Of a stretch of DNA of 22,609 bases, positions 16,980-22,609 are shown one piece after another (the stretch's first letter is position 1; the number at the start of each line of letters is the position of its first letter). The stretch lies in the NCBI GenBank assembly GCA_038883715.1, contig JAVZLS010000016.1, forward strand, positions 1 through 22,609. Direction: 5' to 3'. This DNA comes from Candidatus Bathyarchaeia archaeon. Its GTDB lineage: Archaea; Thermoproteota; Bathyarchaeia; Bathyarchaeales; Bathycorpusculaceae. The notes beneath the pieces are model-generated. The model was not told the DNA's origin. It searched no databases and was given only the letters and a program-made list of their open reading frames with translations. The translations under genes were made by a program, and so were the position numbers.

Positions 16980-18662
16980 TTAGATTACTATTAGTTCTCT
17001 GTATTCTCCGTAAACTTTTCGCAGGGCATCCATTATTTCGCCCAATGTGGCGTAAGCCTTAACAGCCTCAATAATGGTTGGCATAAGATTCTCATCCTTC
17101 TCGGCTGCATAGTGAAGTTTTTCAAGCACTTCCTTAACCTTTCTGTTGTCACGTTCTCTTCGCAGTTTCTGAAGGCGCTCTATCTGCTTTTTCTCAACGC
17201 TTGGGTCAACCCTCAAAAGCTTAATCGGAATTTCTTCGCCCTCTATGGCGTATTCGTTGACGCCCACTATTATGCGCTTTTTCTCCTCTATCTCCCGCTG
17301 GTAGCGGTAGGCGCTGTCGGCTATTTCCCTCTGGAAGAAGCCCTTCTCTATGGCTGGGATTACTCCTCCCATGTCGTCGATTTTTTGGATGTATTCCATG
17401 GCCTTCTCCTCCATCTCGTTGGTTAAAGCCTCCACGTAATAGGAGCCGGCAAGCGGGTCCACAGTGTTTGTCACTCCGCTTTCGTAGGCTATTATCTGTT
17501 GGGTTCTTAACGCCACCCTCACGGATTCTTCTGTTGGCAAGCATAAAGCCTCGTCAAAAGAGTTTGTGTGAAGCGACTGGGTTCCGCCGAGAACAGCGGC
17601 TAAAGCCTGAATTGTCGTGCGAACAATATTGTTTAAAGGCTGCTGAGCAGTTAAGGTGCAGCCTGAAGTTTGGACGTGCATGCGCATCCACATAGAACGC
17701 GGATTTTTCGCATGGAACCTCTCCTTCATTATCCTAGCCCAGAGGCGTCTGGCGGCGCGGAACTTGGCTATCTCCTCGAAGAAGTCGTTGTGGGAAGCAA
17801 AGAAGAAAGACAAGCGAGGCGCAAAATCGTCCACTTTCAAACCCCTCTTAAGGGTCTCTTCAACATAGGCTATGCCGTCATAAAGAGTGAAAGCCAACTC
17901 CTGAACAGCTGTAGCTCCAGCCTCCCGAATGTGGTAGCCGCTTATGCTTATGGGATTCCATTTCGGCAAGTGCCTAGCACAGTATTCTATGACGTCTACT
18001 GAAAGCTTCAGGGATGGCTTGGGCGGGAAAATGCAGAGCTTCTGGGCGAAGAACTCCTTCAAATTGTCGTTTTGTGTTGTGCCGCCCAGTTTTTCTCTTG
18101 GAACGCCTTGCTTGTCGCCCACGGCGATATACATGGCGAGTAAAACAGAAGCTGGACCATTAATGGTCATGGAGGTTGTAACTTTGTCCAGCGGTATGCC
18201 ATCAAATAGGATTTCCATGTCTTGAAGTGATGAAATGGCTACTCCGCATACGCCAACTTCGCCCCTAGCCATCGGGTGGTCAGAATCATAGCCCATAATC
18301 GTTGGATAGTCGAAAGCCGTGCTAAGCCCAGTTTCGCCTTCACTTAACAAGTATTTGAAGCGTTTGTTGGTGTCTTCCGCAGTGCCGTAGCCGGCGAACA
18401 TCCGCATAGTCCATAGGCGTCCACGATACATGGTGGCGTGCAAACCCCGTGTGAAGGGGTACTCGCCTGGGAAGCCCAAGTCTTGCATGTAATCCATGTC
18501 TTTGATGTCTTCTGGCGTGTACAAGCCCTTAATTGTCATTCCAGAATGGTTCTTAAACTCCTTTTGGCGTTCTGGGCATTGCTTAATCCAGTTGGGCAGT
18601 GTTGATTTTTCCCAGCGTTCCCTTTCCTTGGCTATTTCCTCAATCTTCTGCCTATCAAACAT
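16980..18662 (-). CDS. B12-dependent acyl-CoA mutase large subunit (methylmalonyl-CoA mutase family; isobutyryl-CoA mutase-type specificity residues)
   Basis: [64 protein letters not shown]; Phe89 and Gln207. Confidence 0.95.
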   Translation of the reverse strand: MFDRQKIEEIAKERERWEKSTLPNWIKQCPERQKEFKNHSGMTIKGLYTPEDIKDMDYMQDLGFPGEYPFTRGLHATMYRGRLWTMRMFAGYGTAEDTNKRFKYLLSEGETGLSTAFDYPTIMGYDSDHPMARGEVGVCGVAISSLQDMEILFDGIPLDKVTTSMTINGPASVLLAMYIAVGDKQGVPREKLGGTTQNDNLKEFFAQKLCIFPPKPSLKLSVDVIEYCARHLPKWNPISISGYHIREAGATAVQELAFTLYDGIAYVEETLKRGLKVDDFAPRLSFFFASHNDFFEEIAKFRAARRLWARIMKERFHAKNPRSMWMRMHVQTSGCTLTAQQPLNNIVRTTIQALAAVLGGTQSLHTNSFDEALCLPTEESVRVALRTQQIIAYESGVTNTVDPLAGSYYVEALTNEMEEKAMEYIQKIDDMGGVIPAIEKGFFQREIADSAYRYQREIEEKKRIIVGVNEYAIEGEEIPIKLLRVDPSVEKKQIERLQKLRRERDNRKVKEVLEKLHYAAEKDENLMPTIIEAVKAYATLGEIMDALRKVYGEYRELIVI

Positions 18663-18768
18663 GATGTGCTAAACCTCTAACAAACGGTTTTGTCTAAAAT
18701 ATTAGCGCCAAGCCTAAAAAGTTATTTCTCAAACAAGCCATGAAACAATGATTTAAAGGGTGAACCGG

Positions 18769-19947
18769 ATGACTTCAAAGCATTATAGCTTTTCCACAAG
18801 GGCTGTCCATGGCGGAGAAAAACCCGATGCCACTGGGGCTGTTGCCACACCAATCTATGAGACTTCAGTTTTCGCCTTCAAAAGCACCAAGGAGCTAATT
18901 GACGTTATAAGCGGAAAAGCTGAGGGCTACCTATACACAAGATTCGACAACCCAACGGTGCGGGCTGTTGAAAAGAAAATGGCACTTCTGGAAGGATCGG
19001 AGGATGCGTGTGCCTTCGCCTCTGGAATGGCGGCTATAACAACGGCTATACTCACAATGGTTTCGAAGGGCGACCATGTTGTGGCTTCAAGAGACCTTTA
19101 TGGCGGGACCCTAACCTTCTTCCAAGAGTTTCTGCCAAAATTCGGGGTTGAAGTAACTCTTGTAGATGCTGCAGATATAGGCGAGGTGGAAAAAGCCATA
19201 AAAAAGAACACGAGGCTAGTCTATGCCGAAACTCCCACAAATCCAACATTGAAAATTGTGGATTTGCAGCGTCTAGCAGCCTTAGCCAAAAAACATGGCA
19301 TAACAACGGTTGTTGACAGCACCCTCGCCACTCCATACAATTTAACGCCCATAAAGTTTGGCATAGACGTGGTTGTTCACAGCGCCACAAAATACTTGGG
19401 CGGACACAACGACATAACCGCCGGAATCGTCTGCGGCTCAAAAGACTTCATCCAAAACCTAAAGCGGAACCGAAAAATTTTAGGTGGAACCCTCAACCCA
19501 GCAGCGGCTTGGCTTCTACTAAGAGGCTTGAAAACACTTGTATTAAGAATGGAGAGGCACAACCAAAACGGAATGCAAATAGCCAAATTCCTAGAAAAGC
19601 ATCCAAAAGTCGCCAAAGTCTACTATCCGGGTTTGCCGAGCCACCCGCAACACAGCCTAGCTAAAAAACAGATGCGCGGCTTCGGCGGAGTTGTAAGTTT
19701 CGAAATTAAAGGAGACTTTGAAAAAACAGTGCAGTTTGTGGAAAGCCTAAAATTATGCCTTTTAGCAGCCAGCCTAGGAGGAACAGAAACCTTGGCAACA
19801 CAGCCAGCAACATCATCCCACTACTTCATAACCCCGGAACAACGCCAAAAACTTGGCATAACAGACCAGCTGGTACGCCTAGCCCTAGGAATAGAAGACC
19901 CAAAAGACATAATAGCAGACCTAAAACAAGCCCTAAACAAAATCTAA
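18769..19947 (+). CDS. PLP-dependent trans-sulfuration enzyme (cystathionine gamma-synthase/lyase, methionine gamma-lyase family)
   Basis: YTRFDNPT, FASGMAAI, ETPTNP, HSATKYLGGH (PLP lysine), SLGG. ATG 18769 follows SD GGGTGA; the ORF track starts at GTG 18760. Confidence 0.93.
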   Translation: MTSKHYSFSTRAVHGGEKPDATGAVATPIYETSVFAFKSTKELIDVISGKAEGYLYTRFDNPTVRAVEKKMALLEGSEDACAFASGMAAITTAILTMVSKGDHVVASRDLYGGTLTFFQEFLPKFGVEVTLVDAADIGEVEKAIKKNTRLVYAETPTNPTLKIVDLQRLAALAKKHGITTVVDSTLATPYNLTPIKFGIDVVVHSATKYLGGHNDITAGIVCGSKDFIQNLKRNRKILGGTLNPAAAWLLLRGLKTLVLRMERHNQNGMQIAKFLEKHPKVAKVYYPGLPSHPQHSLAKKQMRGFGGVVSFEIKGDFEKTVQFVESLKLCLLAASLGGTETLATQPATSSHYFITPEQRQKLGITDQLVRLALGIEDPKDIIADLKQALNKI

Positions 19948-20510
19948 AGCTTAACGCTTAATTCGAGGCCGCCTGCGCTTGCTGGTATGTATTTACTTCT
20001 ATATTTTCCAGAATGTCTCACATAATCCAAATAGTTTGGCGCATGTTCGACGTTATCTGCAATTACGACGCTTCCCTTGTGAAGTTTATTTTCGATTAGC
20101 TTTAAATAATCCAAATATTGCTCTTTATCGGCATCTATGAAAACAAGATCAAAATCACCCTCTAACTTCGGAATAATCTCAAGAGCATCGCCGACTAAAA
20201 CTTTAATCTTCGGTGGTATTTCAGCCTCTTTTATGTTAGCCTTTGCAACCTCCGCCGCATGAGGATCGATCTCTATGGTGATTAGTTGTACATCGCTTCC
20301 CAATTCTTTTCCCATAAGAATCGTTGAATAACCAATGAAGGTTCCAATCTCCAAAACACGCTTAGGCTTAATCTCACGAATAGTTTTAACTAAAATTTGA
20401 CCTCTAACAGGCCCAACAATTGGTAAAAACTCGCCCTTCTTAATTTTGCTTTCAATCTCGCTCAAAATCTTCTCTGCTTTGCTCATCTGATGCTTCAACT
20501 TCCGGTCCAT
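19944..20510 (-). CDS. Class I SAM-dependent O-methyltransferase (caffeoyl-CoA/catechol OMT-like)
   Basis: VLEIGTFIGYS, FDLVFIDADK, VIADN (metal-binding D/D/N); 4-nt convergent overlap with the PLP enzyme gene. Confidence 0.92.
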   Translation of the reverse strand: MDRKLKHQMSKAEKILSEIESKIKKGEFLPIVGPVRGQILVKTIREIKPKRVLEIGTFIGYSTILMGKELGSDVQLITIEIDPHAAEVAKANIKEAEIPPKIKVLVGDALEIIPKLEGDFDLVFIDADKEQYLDYLKLIENKLHKGSVVIADNVEHAPNYLDYVRHSGKYRSKYIPASAGGLELSVKL

Positions 20511-20658
20511 TAAATATTTTTAGATGGTAAAAGCCTAAAAGCTATTCGATATAAACAAGCCCCTAAACAGGTTAACATTCTTCATTTTCTGTAATGTTTA
20601 GATGCGGATTCAGAAAGCGTTATTAAGATATGTGTCCATTAGCTTGCGAGGAAAATTT

Positions 20659-21771
20659 GTGGATAAAAGTTGCAGAATAGCCCTAATCGCCATGTTGGCG
20701 GCACTTTTGCTGTTCGGCTTGTCCTTAGTGGTTAACGTTAAAACCGTCAAGGCTTGGAGCGGAACCATAACCATTAAGGAAGATGGAACTATAGAGCCCT
20801 CGGACGCGCCGATAATAACCTACGACCGCATCACCTACACATTGACCGGCAACATAACAACCTCCGGCGACGGCATCGACGTGGAACGAGCCAATATCAT
20901 AATTGATGGGGCTGGCTACGCCATAGAAGGAAGCGGCGGAGCAGCTGGAATATACCTTATGGAAATTGGGAACGTAATAGTTAAAAATGTAATTATCACG
21001 CGCTTTGACTATGGAATCTGGCTTGAAGGCGCCTTCAACTGCGCCATAATCGGCAACACATTGATGAACAATGTGGAGAACGGAATGGAAATCTGGTGGG
21101 AATCCACCAACAACCGCATAATTGGAAACAACATAATAAACAATGGCTTGACGGGCATCAACATTGGATATGACTCAAGTTACAACACTTTCTATCATAA
21201 CAACTTTATGGACAATGGAAAGCATGTAACAAGCTATGATTCAATAAACTTTTGGAGCGGCGGCAACTCCGAAGGTAACTATTGGGACGATTATGAAGGC
21301 GAAGACGCCGACGGGGATGGAATAGGCGACACACCATACTACATCGCAGAAGAAAACTTTGACAATTATCCCCTGATGAGTCCCTTCAGAAGCTTCGACA
21401 CTCCGCTTGGCTTCAATGTTGACATAGTTTCCAACTCAACAATAGACTATTTCCAATACTTCACCTCCAACGGAACAATTGTAATACATGCATCTGAATC
21501 GCAAATAGGGCAGACCCACGGGTACTGCAGAATCACAATACCGCATAGCCTTATGCAACCGCCATTCATCATAAAAGTGAACGACGTTCAAGTGGAGTAC
21601 ACGCCGATATTTGAGAATGAAACATTAAGCATCATCTACTTTACCTACCCCCACTCAACAGTAGAGATAACAATCGTTCCAGAATTCCAAACACTTATGG
21701 CGCTTTTGCCTTTGTTAGCGCTTCCCACAGCCACAATAATCGTCTTGCGGCAAAGAAGAAAAAGCCGCTAA
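20659..21771 (+). CDS. Secreted NosD-like parallel beta-helix surface protein with a C-terminal PEF-CTERM-type sorting signal
   Basis: Signal peptide, GIxL/NxIxxN repeats, GNYWDDY..DADGDGIGDTPY motif, and a VPEF + TM helix + RQRRKSR tail. GTG at 20659 after GAGG preferred over 20602. Confidence 0.88.
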   Translation: MDKSCRIALIAMLAALLLFGLSLVVNVKTVKAWSGTITIKEDGTIEPSDAPIITYDRITYTLTGNITTSGDGIDVERANIIIDGAGYAIEGSGGAAGIYLMEIGNVIVKNVIITRFDYGIWLEGAFNCAIIGNTLMNNVENGMEIWWESTNNRIIGNNIINNGLTGINIGYDSSYNTFYHNNFMDNGKHVTSYDSINFWSGGNSEGNYWDDYEGEDADGDGIGDTPYYIAEENFDNYPLMSPFRSFDTPLGFNVDIVSNSTIDYFQYFTSNGTIVIHASESQIGQTHGYCRITIPHSLMQPPFIIKVNDVQVEYTPIFENETLSIIYFTYPHSTVEITIVPEFQTLMALLPLLALPTATIIVLRQRRKSR

Positions 21772-21835
21772 AAGAAGTTCAAATCACAGCAAAAGGGCTG
21801 AATGATTCGACGATAAAAAGAGGATAGGGTGTAGG

Positions 21836-22303
21836 CTATTCGGCTGGTTTGAAGTAGGCTATGTCGTTTATTGAGGCTTTTCTTTCGCTGGGCGGTTTGA
21901 AAACTGCTTCCACCTTCATTCCAATGTAGACTTTTTCTGTTTCGCCTATTTTGTGGATTATTCCACCGTGGACGCCCTCAAACCTTATTAGCGCGTATAT
22001 TTGCGGCTTTTCAAGTTTTTTGCCGTCGATGTCTATTGTGGCTATTGTGTATGTGTAGACTTCGCCGCGTTTGCCTACGTCAACCCACTCTTCAAGCTTT
22101 GCAAAGCACTTTTCGCAGTAAAGCCTTGGTGGAACAAAGATTACTCCGCATTTTGGACATTTAGCTCCCATTATTCGGGCGTTTTCCTTAATCTCTTTCA
22201 AGAAGCGTTCTCCAGCAATGCCAAGCGTGTAGCGGTAGTCTGCTTCCATGTGGCCTATCCAGTGGCGGGCATTTAACGGGTTGGTTATTTTTTCAAGGCT
22301 CAT
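21836..22303 (-). CDS. DUF35 Zn-ribbon/OB-fold protein (acyl-CoA-binding, thiolase-associated family)
   Basis: GAKCPKCG.IFVPPRLYCEKC, GEVYTYT, IGMKVEAVFK. Confidence 0.92.
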   Translation of the reverse strand: MSLEKITNPLNARHWIGHMEADYRYTLGIAGERFLKEIKENARIMGAKCPKCGVIFVPPRLYCEKCFAKLEEWVDVGKRGEVYTYTIATIDIDGKKLEKPQIYALIRFEGVHGGIIHKIGETEKVYIGMKVEAVFKPPSERKASINDIAYFKPAE

Positions 22304-22310
22304 GAGCTTT

Positions 22311-22609
22311 TCACTCCCTTATTGGTTTGAAGTATTTTATGTCTGTGATGGCGCCTATGCGTTCTTCCGGTGGCTTCCAGACGGCTTTGACTCGCATTCC
22401 AATTTTTATTTCCCTCCAATCGCCGTATTCGCCTAGCAAGTGGACTATGCCCATGCCTTCTGTAGCGCCGTCCAAGTTTATGATAGCCACAACTATGGGT
22501 TCCTTTAGCCTAGAGGCATCAGCGGCGATAAACGAGACTGAAAATGTGTTGATTACGCCCGTATCCTTCACATAAGTCCAGCCGTCTGTTGGTTTGAAGC
22601 ATTTTTCGC
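22311..22609 (-). CDS. Second DUF35 Zn-ribbon/OB-fold protein, 5'-truncated by the window edge
   Basis: The frame is open to the window end: ..EKCFKPTDGWTYVKDTGVINTFS..IGMRVKAVWKPPEERIGAITDIKYFKP; paralogous to 21836-22303. Confidence 0.9.
   Translation of the reverse strand, partial: EKCFKPTDGWTYVKDTGVINTFSVSFIAADASRLKEPIVVAIINLDGATEGMGIVHLLGEYGDWREIKIGMRVKAVWKPPEERIGAITDIKYFKPIRE

Noticed and set aside
16278-16994. 238-aa plus-strand ORF and the other short antisense ORFs in the track (e.g. 290-754, 5250-5606, 19052-19441)
   Set aside because: They are shadow frames of well-supported genes on the opposite strand and carry no recognisable motifs.
18769-19947. Specific call as methionine gamma-lyase
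   Set aside because: It has LYGGT rather than the YGCT cysteine typical of characterised MGLs; specificity cannot be resolved from sequence alone.
22311-22571. 86-aa protein starting at 22571 as a complete gene
   Set aside because: The frame stays open to the window end and includes part of the Zn ribbon, so the true start lies outside the window.

Overview
Archaeal chromosomal window, most likely TACK-lineage (Bathyarchaeia-like). This is inferred from the fused Rpo1, the PEF-CTERM-tailed beta-helix surface protein and the gene content; it is not proven. Left to right: 3' end of rpoB, an unsplit rpoA'A'', rpl30e and nusA (rps12/rps7 do not follow); two small proteins; a translationally coupled minus-strand trio of a short, apparently hinge-less SMC5/6-like ATPase, a kleisin and a kite-like winged-helix protein, preceded by a nucleotidyltransferase/Zn-finger pair; a membrane protein-helical protein-SPFH/triple-zinc-ribbon operon; a P-loop kinase, a flavodoxin-fold protein and a stand-alone Lrp ligand-binding domain; a B12-dependent acyl-CoA mutase operon (large and small subunits, MeaB, CobA/CobO, DedA) whose specificity residues (F89/Q207) point to isobutyryl-CoA rather than methylmalonyl-CoA mutase; a trans-sulfuration PLP enzyme, an O-methyltransferase, a NosD-like surface protein and two tandem DUF35 Zn-ribbon/OB-fold genes. 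I saw no rRNA, tRNA, CRISPR array or mobile element. The most interesting items are the miniature SMC5/6-like complex and the ICM-type mutase.
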